Of a stretch of DNA of 64,000 nucleotides, positions 24,782-36,166 are shown in pieces (positions within the stretch are counted from its first letter, which is position 1; every line of letters begins with the position of its first letter). The DNA comes from Malacoraja senta (Eukaryota), in NCBI GenBank assembly GCA_038087875.1, contig CM075989.1, forward strand, positions 20,710,001 through 20,774,000, read 5' to 3'. A model generated the notes under the pieces. The model was not told the origin of the DNA. It did no database searches and saw only the letters and a program-made list of their open reading frames with translations. Made by a program: the position numbers and the translations under genes.

Positions 24782-25958
24782 ACATAGATACATAGACAAT
24801 AGGTGCAGGAGGCCATTCGGCCCTTTGAGCCAGCACTGGCATTCAATATGATCATGGCTGATCATCCACAATCAGTGCCCAGTTACATAGATACATAGAA
24901 AATAGGTGCAGGAGTAGGCCATTCGGCCCTTCGAGCCTGCACTGCCATTCAATATGATCATGGCTGATCATCCAACTCAGTATCCCGTACCTGCCTTCTC
25001 TCCATACCCCCTGATCCCCTTAGCCACAAGGGCCACATCTAACTCCCTCTTAAATATAGCCAATGAACTGGCCTCAACTACCCTCTGTGGCAGAGAGTTC
25101 CAAAGATTCACCACTCTCTGTGTGAAAACGTTTTTCCTCATCTCGGTCTTAAAGGATTTCCCCCTTATCCTTAAGCTGTGACCCCCTTGTCCTGGACTTC
25201 CCCATCATCGGGAACAATCTTCCTGCATCTAGCCTGTCCAACCCCATAAGAATTTTGTACGTTTCTATAAGATCCCCTCTCAATCTCCTAAATTCTAGCG
25301 AGTATAAGCCAAATCTATCCAGTCTTTCTTCATATGAAAGTCCTGACATCCCAGGAATCAGTCTGGTGCACCATCTCTGCACTCCCTCTATGGCTATAAT
25401 GTCCTTCCTCAGATTTGGAGACCAAAACTGTACGCAATACTCCCGGTGTGGTCTCACCAAGACCCTGTACAACTGCAGTAGAACCTCCCTGCTCCTATAC
25501 TCAAATCCTTTTGCTATGAAAGCTAACATACCATTCGCTTTCTCCCCATAATCCCTTGATTAATTTAGCCCTAAGGGCTAAATCTAACTCTCTCTTGAAT
25601 ACATCCAGTGAATTGGCCTCCACTGCCTTCTGTGGCAGAGAATTCCACAGATTCACAACTCTCTGGGTGGAAAAGTTTTCCTCTTCTCAGTCCTACACCT
25701 TATTCCTAAACGGTGTGACCCCCCTGGTTCTGGACTCCCCCAACATCGGGAACATGTTTCCTGCCTCTAGCCTGTCCAATCCTTTAAGAATTTTATATTT
25801 TACTGGATAAAATTCCCTCTCATCCTTCCACATTCCAGCGAATACAAGCCCAGTCGACCCATTCTTTCATCATATGTCAGTCCCACCATCCCGGGTATTA
25901 AGCTGGTGAGCCTACACTGTACTCGCTCAGTAGCAAGAATGTCCTTCCTCAAGTTAGG
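24782..25958 (-). mobile_element. Cluster of three tandem/nested CR1 3' fragments
   Basis: LYRVLVRPHREYCVQFWSP...IEGVQR...LSYEERL...RRLRGDLIETYKI; (CTATGTAT)n tails. Confidence 0.9.
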
Positions 25959-26029
25959 TGTAGTAAGTTTTCACTCTCCCCTTGACGATAATAAACCTGC
26001 AGTGAAGTTTGTATTGTGGAGTGAGAGTG

Positions 26030-26450
26030 CAGCGGGCTGCGGGTGTGAAGCCGCCGGGGTTTGACCCGGGTTAATGACTCACCGCAAACGAAGCGTCCAT
26101 CCAGGCGGGATCTGTCCCCCCGCTGCCGCTGCCGCTGCCGCTGCCCGGGACCCAGGGCCCGTTGCCGGGGGCGACGACACCCCGCTCTCCAGGCTCCGCC
26201 GGGGCCCACCCGCTCACTGCGCCTGCGCGTCGCTGCCCCTACTCCCTCGCCCCGCCCGCCCACCCGGCCCCTGAGTGACGGCCCGCTCGGCCAGTCAACC
26301 CGCGAGGACGCTGAAGGGGCGGGTCCAGCCAATAGCCGGCCGGGGGCTGAGGCGTGGGGGCGGGACTTGGCGTCCAGGTCGCTGCCGACGTGTCCACAGC
26401 TGTGGCGGTATCGCGCGGCTGCAATGCAAACTAACTCTGCACCGCTGGCG
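26030..26450 (-). promoter_or_regulatory. CpG-island promoter with GC boxes and CCAAT box
   Basis: Very GC- and CpG-rich. GGGGCGGG at ~26316-26323 and ~26357-26364; CCAAT at 26329-26333; no TATA seen. Confidence 0.7.
26083..26250 (-). other. LYSMD4: Putative non-coding exon 1 of LYSMD4-like gene (5' boundary approximate)
   Basis: Lies in the only non-repeat CpG island upstream of the coding exons. Consensus donor CG|GTGAGT at 26082-26077 on the minus strand; (CAGCGG)n leader-type repeats. Confidence 0.6.
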
Positions 26451-27288
26451 CTGTGGGCATGTAGTTGCAAACTCTGCACTGGCATGCAGCTGTGTGGGCA
26501 TGCAGCTGAGTGGGCATGTAGTTGCAAACTCTGCACTGGCATGCAGCTGTGGGCATGCAGCTGTGGGCATGCAGCTGTGGGCATGCAGCTGTATGGGCAT
26601 GCAGCTGTGTGGGCATGCCGCTGTGTGGACATGCTGCGGTGTGGGCATGCAGCTGTGGGCATGCAGCTGTGTGGGCATGCAGCTGTGGGCATGCAGCTGT
26701 GTGGGCATGCAGCTGTGTGGGCATGCAGCTCTGGACATGCTGCGGTGTGGGCATGCAGCTGTGTGGACATGCAGCTCTGTGGACATGCTGCGGTGTGGGC
26801 ATGCAGCTGTGTGGGCATGCAGCTGTGTGGGCATGCAGCTGTGGGCATGCAGCTGTGTGGGCATGCAGCTGTGTGGGCATGCAGCTCTGGACATGCTGCG
26901 GTGTGGGCATGCAGCTGTGTGGACATGCAGCTGTGTGCGCATGCAGCTGTGGGCATGCAGCTCTGTGGACATGCTGCGGTGTGGGCATGCAGCTGTGTGG
27001 GCATGCAGCTGTGTGGGCATGCAGCTGTGTGGGCATGTAGCTGTGTGGGCATGCAGCTGTATGGGCATGTAGCTGTGTGGGCATGCAGCTGTGTGGGCAT
27101 GCAGCTGTGGGCATGCAACTGTGGGCATGCAGCTGTATCAGCATGCAGCTGTGTGGACATGCAGCTGTATGGGCATGCAGCTGTATGGGCATGCAGCTGT
27201 GTGGGCATGCAGCTGTGTGGGCATGCAACTGTGGGCAGGCAGCTGTGGGCAGGCAGCTGAGGGCAGGCAGCTGTGGGCATGCAACTGT
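26451..27288. repeat. Tandem satellite, 14/16-bp unit GGGCATGCAGCTGT(GT), roughly 55 units
   Basis: Directly visible; variants GGACATGCTGCGGTGT and GGGCATGTAGCTGT. Explains the many spurious Cys/Ala/His-rich ORFs here. Confidence 0.97.
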
Positions 27289-28114
27289 AGACTCCTTGGG
27301 CATGAAGCTATAGGCTAGCATGGAGATTTGCAGTGGGAATGAATAAAATGCATTGTACTATTATTGAATATCAAATGCAGGCATTTGAAGCTGGTGAGCA
27401 CGGTCCATATATTTTTTTAATTTATTGGACTTTCTTTGGTTTATTGTGTTATCTATGAATACAGTGTTGACAGACTATTGTGTTGCTACAAGTAAGAATT
27501 TAATTGGTCCCCTTTCGGTACATATGACAATCAAACACACTTGAGAAATAGAAACAAAGAACTGCCCATGTGGCACAAAGTGCTGGAGTAACTCAGCGGG
27601 TCAGGCGGCATCTCTGGAGATCATAAATAGGTGTTGTTTCGGGTCGGGACCCTTCTTCAGACTGGACTCATAACTATCCAAATGCCTTCCTTGCATTTCT
27701 GTAAGTTCTGTTTGCCTGGGGCAAGAAGATGAATCCTGGAGGTGCAAGATATTGCAGATGCTTGGACCTGGAGTAAATAAATAAGCTGCTAGAAAGACTC
27801 AACAGGTCACGCTGTGGAGTCAAAGTGATGGTCGACGTTTCAGTTTGCGAACCTGCATCAGGATGAATCAGACCCTGAGTCTGAAGAAGGGTCTCAACCC
27901 GATACGTCACCTATTCCTTTTCTCCAGAGATGCTGCCCACTGAGTTACTACAGCATTTTGTGTCTATCTTGGGTATGAACCCTCCTTTAGTCTGAAGACA
28001 CCCACCCATGTCTTCTATAAACGCCTGCTGACCTGCTGAGTTACTCCAGCACTTTGTGTTCTGCTCATGCCTCCTTACGAATGTTGTTAATGTCCTTGGA
28101 AGTATCTTGAGAGC

Positions 28115-28398
28115 TTAAGAATAAGGGATAGGCCATTTAGGACTGAGATGCGGAAAACCTTTTTCACCCAGAGAGTTGTGAATCTGGAATTCTCTGCCAC
28201 AGAAGGCAGTGGAGACCAATTCACTGGACGTTTTCAAGAGAGAGATATAGCTCTTAGGGCTAACGGAATCAAGGGATATGGAGTGAAAGCAGGAATTGGG
28301 TACTGATTTTGGATGATCAGCCATGGCCATATTGAATGGCGGTTCTGGCTCGATTACCCAAATGGCCTACTCCAGCACCTATTTTCAATGTTTCTATG
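28115..28398 (+). mobile_element. CR1 3' fragment
   Basis: Same family 3' end and tail. Confidence 0.8.
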
Positions 28399-29499
28399 TT
28401 AATATAACGACAGTGTGACATAAATACAAATAGTTGCTGGTGTGGCAAGCGAAGACTGCTATCAGAACACAGGGTTCATCTCAATCACCTGGCAAAATGT
28501 TTTAGCTGATTGGATTTTGTGGACAATGACATTCTCTACATTTAACAGAGCGTGCATGCATGGTCAAGTATACTGAATGATATTTATTGAAGATGGATCG
28601 AATGGGTCGAGTTTTGAGATTTAAACTGCTAACTCCATTTTAGAACATTACAGCACAGGAATAGGCCCTTCGGCCCATAATGTCTGTGCCGAACATGATG
28701 CCAAGATAAACTAATCTCATCTGCCTGTACGCGATCCATATCCCTCCATTCCGTGTATATCCACTTGCCTATCCAAAAGCCACTAAAATGCCACTATCAT
28801 ATCTGCCTCCACCACCACCACTGGCAGCATATTCCAGGCACCCACCACCCTCTGTGTAAAAATCTTGCCCTGCAGGATTTTTAAACTTTGTCCGTCGCAT
28901 CTTAAGGTACGTCCTCTAAATTTTCTTCAGGGGTAACCAGGAGAAAATTCTGTTAAAATATTCTATAACTTGATTTACTTCAACAAGAATCATTGAGAGA
29001 GTTTTGTTTATGAGTTTTGTTTAATTTACTGCATATTTTTCTGTTATTTTACAAAACCCGAACAATTTCGTAGAAAATTGGTGGCATGTAAAATTTGCTG
29101 TACAACATCAATTAGGGCGATATAATGAAACCAAAAAATCAGTGTAAGCTTGTTGAAACAGGTACATAGTTAATTAGAAAGTAATTAGAAAGGCATGTCG
29201 TAACAAATTACATTAAGGTTTTTGAGAACATATCTTTTGCAGGTCATGCTATCTGAATAATTCAAAATGTCTTAACATGAATATGAAACACATTTTAACA
29301 TATTTATGGCATAGTAACATTCTTCTTTTTGACTTTTGCGTTTATCCAAACAAAGACCGTGTATTTTGGTTCTGGAAGTGGAGGTATTTCATACCCAATG
29401 ATCATTTTACCATTGCAATGAATAGTGTTACGGTCAACCAGGGGTAGGAACGAGACGTTACCTTTCCAGATATGTTCTTTCCAGTGTTATTGATCAACA

Positions 29500-31070
29500 A
29501 AACACAAAGTGTTGGAGGAACTCGGCAGGTCAGGCAGCATCTGGGTGGGGGGAGGGGGTGGGAATGAACAGGCGACATTTCTGGTCGGGACCCTTCTTCA
29601 GACTGATTGTAGTATGGAAGAGACAGCTGGAAAAGAGAGGAGGGGGCAAGACAAAGCCTGGCAAATAAAGACATATGGGTAGACACAAAATGCTGGAGTA
29701 ACTCAGCGGGACAGGCAGCATCTCTGGAGAGAAAGAATGGGTGACGTTTCCAGTCGAGACCCTTCTTCAGACTGATTACTCCAGCATTTTGTGTCTACCT
29801 TCGATTTAAAGCAGCATCTGCAGTTCTTTCCTACACAAAGACATAAAGGTGTCAGGTCAGTGATAGGTGGATACAGGTGAGAGGCGGGGGTTGGTCGGTC
29901 GGCAGATGGGTGGAGTAAGTCAACCATCCGGTGTCAGAGGTTATGGGGAGCAGGCAGGAGAATGGGGTTAGGAGGGAGAGGTAGATCAGCCATGATTGAA
30001 TGGCGGAGTAGACTTGATGGGCCAAATGGCCTAATCCGACTATCCCTTATGAACTTATGACCTTAAAGGGCCTGTCCCACTTACGTGTCCTTGGCACGCA
30101 AATTACGCGACCTCGTGGTCGCGTTGAGCCGCGATGGTCCCGCGAAGGTCGGTCGCGATTACATGCGTACGCACAGCCCTCTGGAGCGCATGACGTCATT
30201 TGAAGGTGGACACAAAGCTGGAGTAACTCAGCAATGGGTGACGTTTCGTGTCGAGACTCCTCTTCAGTCTGAAGAAGGGTCTTGACCCGAAACATCATCC
30301 ATTGCTTCTCTCCAGAGATGCTGCCGGTCCTGCTGAGTTACTCCAGCATTTTGTGTCTATCTTCAATTTTCTTGGCCCCGCTCTGGGAGTAGAAGTGGGG
30401 GCGGATCTGTACCGCAACGGCCGTGAGCCCCAGGCCGAGCTCGGCGATCGTTTGCCTGCTTCTGCTGCTGTTGAAGGTGAGATGTTGCTTCGCGCCAGGG
30501 TCTTGGGCCTGTCCCACTTTGGCCGTCAGTTCCGCGACAGGCCGTTGGCGCGCGAAGACTTTGTTCACTACAAAAATTTCGGAGCCCCGCGCGATGTCGC
30601 GCACAACTACATACCCCTCCGCGCTTCCAAGTGGGACCGGCCCCGAGCGGCCACAAGATGCCCGTGCGCCTCAACGCGACCACGAGGTCGCGTAATTTGC
30701 GTGCCATGGACACGTAAGTGGGACAGGCCCTTAAGTGACCAACGTTGGTGGTGTAAATGAGACAAAAGGGTGTTGGATAAGGAGAGAAGAGGAGGGAAAT
30801 GTGAAGCCAGAGGGAGGCATGAGGGTGGAAGGGGCCAGGGGGAGGGGAAAGAGGAGGGATATAATGAAAATGAGCAACTGAAATGGGAGATGAGTGCACA
30901 AAGGAGGGGAAAGGAGCAGGGTGACTGATGGTGTGATAGATATTGAAGAAATAGGTGACACTGGGTGGGGGTGGGGGGGGGGGCATGGGAAAGAGAGCGG
31001 GGCTAGGAGGGTACTACTTGCAATTGGACAATTCAATGTTTATATCATTGGGGTTGTAACCTATTTCCTT
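29500..31070 (-). mobile_element. Older Penelope-like terminal repeat broken by nested insertions
   Basis: Antisense ORF end (..NIELSNCK*) near 31015-31060; purine-rich UTR pieces at 30735-31015, 29840-29928 and 29500-29680. Confidence 0.6.
30067..30731. mobile_element. PIF/Harbinger-type MITE with ~60-bp TIRs
   Basis: AGGGCCTGTCCCACTTACGTGTCC...GGACACGTAAGTGGGACAGGCCCT; TAA TSD on both sides; carries a PLE hairpin insertion at ~30208-30362. Confidence 0.85.
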
Positions 31071-31304
31071 GATGATGTCAAGCTTGTTGAGTGTTGTTGG
31101 GGATTGTAGTCATTCATTATCCACCAAAAACTTGAACACCCGATGAACACAAAATTCATTAAGAACATTGTTAAGACTAGATAGCTTTTATTGGAACAGA
31201 TGTTCTCATAGAACAGAAGCGAGTTTTTTTTTTCTCCCTTCTTGTCCCACCAACAGACCCATCCCTTGTTCCTGACAGGCACTGTGTACTATAATAGATA
31301 TTGT

Positions 31305-31831
31305 GTTCCACATACACTGGCCTTTCTGTCCTGGGCCTCCTCCACTGTCGGTGAGGCCAAACGCAAATTGGAGGAACAGCATCTCATTTTTCGCTTGGGC
31401 AGCTTACAACCCGGCGGTATGAAAATTGATTTCTCTAATTTCAAGTAACCCTAGCATTCCCTCTCTCTCTCCGTCCCTCCCCCACCCTAGTCGTCCGACA
31501 AGTTTCACTGTCACGCTGCTTATTTACACAGTTCGTATCCCCTCGTTATCACCTTTTCCGCAGCCAACAATGGACCATTGTGGGCTCCACCTTTCCTCAA
31601 TCATCGGTGCTGGCTTGATTAGTTCTTTTCCGTGCCTTTCATTTATTTGTTCTTTATACCTTTTTGACACCTCTGGTTTCCCTCTTCCCCGACCCTCAGT
31701 CTGAAGAAGGGTCTTGACCGGAAACGTCACCTATTCCTTTTCTCTAGAGATGCCGACTGTCCCGCTGAGTTAATCCAGCATGTTGCGTCTATCTTCGGTG
31801 CAAACCAACAATCTGCAGTTCCATCCTGCAC
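31305..31831 (+). mobile_element. Penelope-like element 3' fragment with hammerhead core at 31701-31728
   Basis: ORF end EAKRKLEEQHLIFRLGSLQPGGMKIDFSNFK* (stop 31448), then UTR and CTGAAGAAGGGTCTTGACCGGAAACGTC. Confidence 0.85.
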
Positions 31832-34642
31832 GTTTAATTTAGTTTAGTTTATGATTGTCACGTGTACCGAGTGGGAAGTGTTTTGTTGCATGCTATCCAG
31901 TCAGATAGAAGCCTGTACATAATTACATTCAAGCTGTCCACATTGTACAGATAAACGGCACAACATTTAGTGCAAGATAAAGTCGAATTAAAGACAGACA
32001 CAAAATGGTGGAGTAACTCAGCGGGACAGGCGGCATCTCTGGATAGAAGGTATGGGTGACGTTTCGGGTCGAGACCTTTCTTCAGACTGAATTAAAGACA
32101 GTTCAAAGGTCTTCAATGAGGTAGATGGGAGGTCAGGTCCACGTTCTAGATTTGCGAGAGGACCATTCAGTTGCCTGATAACAGCAGGGAAGAAGCTGGC
32201 CCTGACTCTGGAGGTATGTGGTATGTGCCAAGGCAGTGTCTACAGCTGAATAGTTGGACTCAGAACTGTACACAATTAGCATTTTCATGTTCATAAGTTA
32301 TTGGAGCAGAATTAGGCCATTCGGCCCATCAAGTCTACTTAATCATGGCTGATCTATCTATCGTTCCCTCTCAACCCCATTCGATGAGGTGAATGCACAG
32401 AGTCTTTTATTCAGAGTATGGAATCAAGGAGAAGAGAACATAGGTTTAAGGTGTGTAGGAAAGAACTGCAGATGCTGGTTTAAATCAAAAATAGGCACAA
32501 AATGCTGGAGTAACTCAGTGGGACAGGAAGCATCTGTGGAGAGAAGGAATGGGTGATGTTTCGGGTCGAGACTCTTCTTCAGACTGAGGTGAGTGGGGAA
32601 AGATTTAATAGGAACCTGAGGGGCAGCTTTTTACACAGAGGGTGGTGATGGGTGTGTGGAACGAGCTGCCAGAGTAGGTAATTGAGGCAGGTATTGTCAC
32701 AACGTTTCAATGACATTTGGACAGGATAGAAAAGGGTCTGGGCCAAAACCAGGCATGTGGGACTAGTGTAGACGGGGTATGTTGGTTGACGTGGGCAAGT
32801 ATCGTTCCACATTGTATCGTTCCAAAACTCTATCAAATCTAATTAAAATAATGCATGCAACCAAAGAAATTACAGGATTTGCTTTCAAAATACAAAACAA
32901 ATTAAAATGACAAAATATAATAATTTCCAAATTTGCAGCTTACTTAAGAAATAATCGTAGATGCATTTGCTTATTATCATCCACGTGAGATCGCAAACCG
33001 GATTTAAGCAAGGAACTACACTAGAATTGTCTCCTTGGTCATTAGCGATAGCTGACAGTAATTAAACATTAACTGGGGCACTTCCTGCAGTTGGTTATGT
33101 TCCACGTTGCTGAATGGTGATTTCCTAAATTTAGTAAATTAATTAGTCATAGTCATAAAGCACAGAAACAGGCCCTTCGGCCCAACTCGTCCATGCTGTC
33201 CAAGTTGCCCCCTCAGCTAATCCCATTTCCCCTGCATTTGGCCCATATTCTTCTAAACCTTTCCTATCCATGTACCTGCCCAAATGTTTATTAAATGCTG
33301 TAATAGTACATGCCTCAACTGCCTTCTCTCGGTCCATGTACACATATATTGTTGAAATAAAGTCACATTCTACCCTTCCAAAGGCCACCAGATTCAAGGA
33401 CAGCACCTTCTCTGCTGTTTAGCAGACTCGTGAATACCCTTCCTCCTGTATCCACCTATCACTCACCTGGCTTTGTCCTCCCTTCTCTTTTCCAGCTTTC
33501 TCCCCCACAACCCGATCACAATCAGTCTGGAGAAGGGTAGGGTCCTGACCCAAAACGTCACCTATCCACGTTCTCCAGAGATGCTGCCTGACCTGCTGTG
33601 TTACTCCAGCACTCTGTGAAACGTTACCTATCTGTGTTCTCCAGAGATGCTGCCTGACCCGCTGTGTTACTCCAGCACTCTGTCTTTCTCCATGTCTGAG
33701 CTGGCCAGTTCTCCTATAGGTTGCCCACCTTTAATAATAACTCTGTTTGATCTCACCCCACTATCATTTCCTGTCTGACCTGCTGGAATTTACCACAATG
33801 CTGAATTACATTTTCACAGCTTTTACATCACCTTTTCCTTTATCTATGTCTGAACACTCGATTAGTCAATCATCCGCTTCATCAGAAACCTTATCACCAC
33901 GGCAACCCTAAAAGCAGCAACACAGGTGGATAGGGTGTTATAGAAGGCGTACAACATACGTGCCTTCATCGGTCAGTGTTTTAAGTAAAAATGTTGGCAA
34001 GTCATGTTGCATTTGTATAAACCATTTGGTTAGACAACACCTGAAGAAATCAGACTCAAGAAGGGCCCCTGCCCGAAACGTCATCTATCCATGTTCTCCG
34101 GGGATGCTGCCTGACCCGCTGAGTTACTCCAGCACTTTGTGCCTTTTTCCGTAAACTAGCATCTGCTTTTTCTTGCTTCTACTATTTGAAGGATCATCGC
34201 AGTTCTGGTCACCTATATATACTATGTCACATATATCACATACTATGGGCAATGCGAACATTGAGAAGGCTTTGGAGAGGGTGCAGAAGTGGTTCACCAG
34301 GGGCGTTTCCTGGACTAGACAGTGTGAGCCATAAGGAGAGGCTGGACAAAGGTGGATACTTTTTTCCAGAGCGCTGGAGGCTGAGAGGTAAGCTGATAGA
34401 AGTATATAGACAGGGTAGAGACTGAGAGTCTATTACCATTGGAATCACAACCATTCTGCAAAGGATGTCTCCGATTTTTTGGGGGAGGAGGGTCAGTACC
34501 CATGATGGACCGGGCAGTTTTCACACTTTTTGTAATCCACTTTGTTCCTGAGCATTCGAGTTGATGAACCAGGCCGTGATACAACCAGTCAATTTTCTAA
34601 CTAGTAATATCTAGACAACTAGACAATAACTAGTCAATATGT

Positions 34643-34827
34643 TTAAGAAGAAACTGCAAATGATGGAAAATCGAAAGTAGACAAAAGTGCTGGAGAAACT
34701 CAGCGGGTGCAGCAGCAGCATCTATGGAGCGAAGGAAATAGGCAACGTTTCGGGCCGAAACGTTGCCTATTTCCTTCGTTCCATAGATGCTGCTGCACCC
34801 GCTGAGTTTCTCCAGCACTTTTGTCTA
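34643..34827 (-). mobile_element. Short fold-back hairpin element (same family)
   Basis: Same GTTTCGG-G-CCGAAAC centre; TSD AACT(A/G)GTCAATATGT. Confidence 0.85.
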
Positions 34828-35510
34828 ACTGGTCAATATGTACATCTGTCAAAGTCCAAGAAAGTATATCCTTCTCCAAGGGCAATAGCAATGACCAATA
34901 AATGCTGGGTTTGTCGTTGAATGCCAAAAAAAAATCCTTCTCTGATAATTTTTAAGCCGAATCTAATTTTTGAAATGCAGTTGTGGTATAGGATTAAATT
35001 GAATAGAGCGGACTCAAAATAAAGAGTTGTCAAGGAATAGTCAAGAATAATGCATATAGAATTGCTTCTAGTTACCGATGCAGGCATTACTGCGGGTTTG
35101 TGTTGTGAAGGAAAAGCTGCAGTCAACATGATGTACCACAAGGGGTCAGTGTTGAACCATTTTGATGCCAGATAGACACAAATGCTGGAGTAACTCAGCG
35201 GGTCAGGCCAGCATCTGTGGAGAGACGGAATGGGTGACAAGGGTCTCGACTCGAACCATCACCATTCCTTCTGTCCAGATGCTGCCTCTCCCGCTGGGTT
35301 ACTCCAGCTTTTTGTGTCTATCTTCGGTTTGAACCAGCATCTGCAGTTCCTTCCTACACATTTTTGATGGAAGTTTATCACTAACTTAACTGCAAAAACT
35401 GCGACAGTTTCTCGACCCGTGACCCCGTACTGTTGCTACGCTACGCCAACTGGAGTACACCGGCATGAACTGCAGGTAAGCACTGACCATTGTTTCCAGC
35501 GTAGCGGGGC

Positions 35511-36166
35511 CCGTTAAAACCCGCCAAAATGGTCAATTTTTGTGCTGTAAATAATTATGGAAATCGGGATTAAGCGGGAGAGACATTTAGCCTACTCAGA
35601 ATTCCAAAAGTGAGGAGAAATGACGGTAGATAGAAGCGAGAGCTGAAGGGACAACAACAGCCAAAGTGCTTGTGAACAATGGCCGTTTGCTCACTGCATT
35701 TCATCAACTAAGGCATTATTTGTGGTTTTTCTTGATTCCTTTGGCATCTAAAAAAGTTTCAGAAGGGATAAATCTGGCTGTAAAATGTTAAAATCGGCCC
35801 ATGGTTCTCGTGGGTTTTTACATACAAAAATAAAACGCCTCTAAAGCAAAATTTAAAGCCAGATTTATCACTTCTGAGACTTTTTAGATACCAAAGGAAT
35901 CAAGAAAAAACACAAATAATGCCTTACTGTTGATGAAATGCAGTGAGCAAACGCGATAATTCCCAATATTTTCAATTCCGATATCTGCACGGCCAATGTT
36001 CGACAAGCACTTTAGCTGTTGTTGTCCCTTCAGCTCTCGCTTCTATTTACCTTCATTTCGCTTCACTTTTGGAATTCTGAAGTTGGGTACATGTCTCTCA
36101 CACTTACCCCAACTTCCACAATTTTTTACAGCGAAAAAATTCAACATTTTGGCGGTTTTTAACAGG
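35511..36166. repeat. Long imperfect inverted repeat (arms ~35511-35786 and ~35851-36166), probably part of a non-autonomous DNA element spanning ~35390-36288
   Basis: For example AGAAGCGAGAGCTGAAGGGACAACAACAGC versus GCTGTTGTTGTCCCTTCAGCTCTCGCTTCT; TTTGCTCACTGCATTTCATCAAC versus its reverse complement. Confidence 0.85.

Noticed and set aside
26451..27288. CRISPR-like repeat array
   Set aside because: No unique spacers; eukaryotic tandem satellite.
25949..27321. Long ORFs (up to 443 aa) in several frames
   Set aside because: Translation of the satellite plus the GC-rich CpG island; open on both strands and low complexity.
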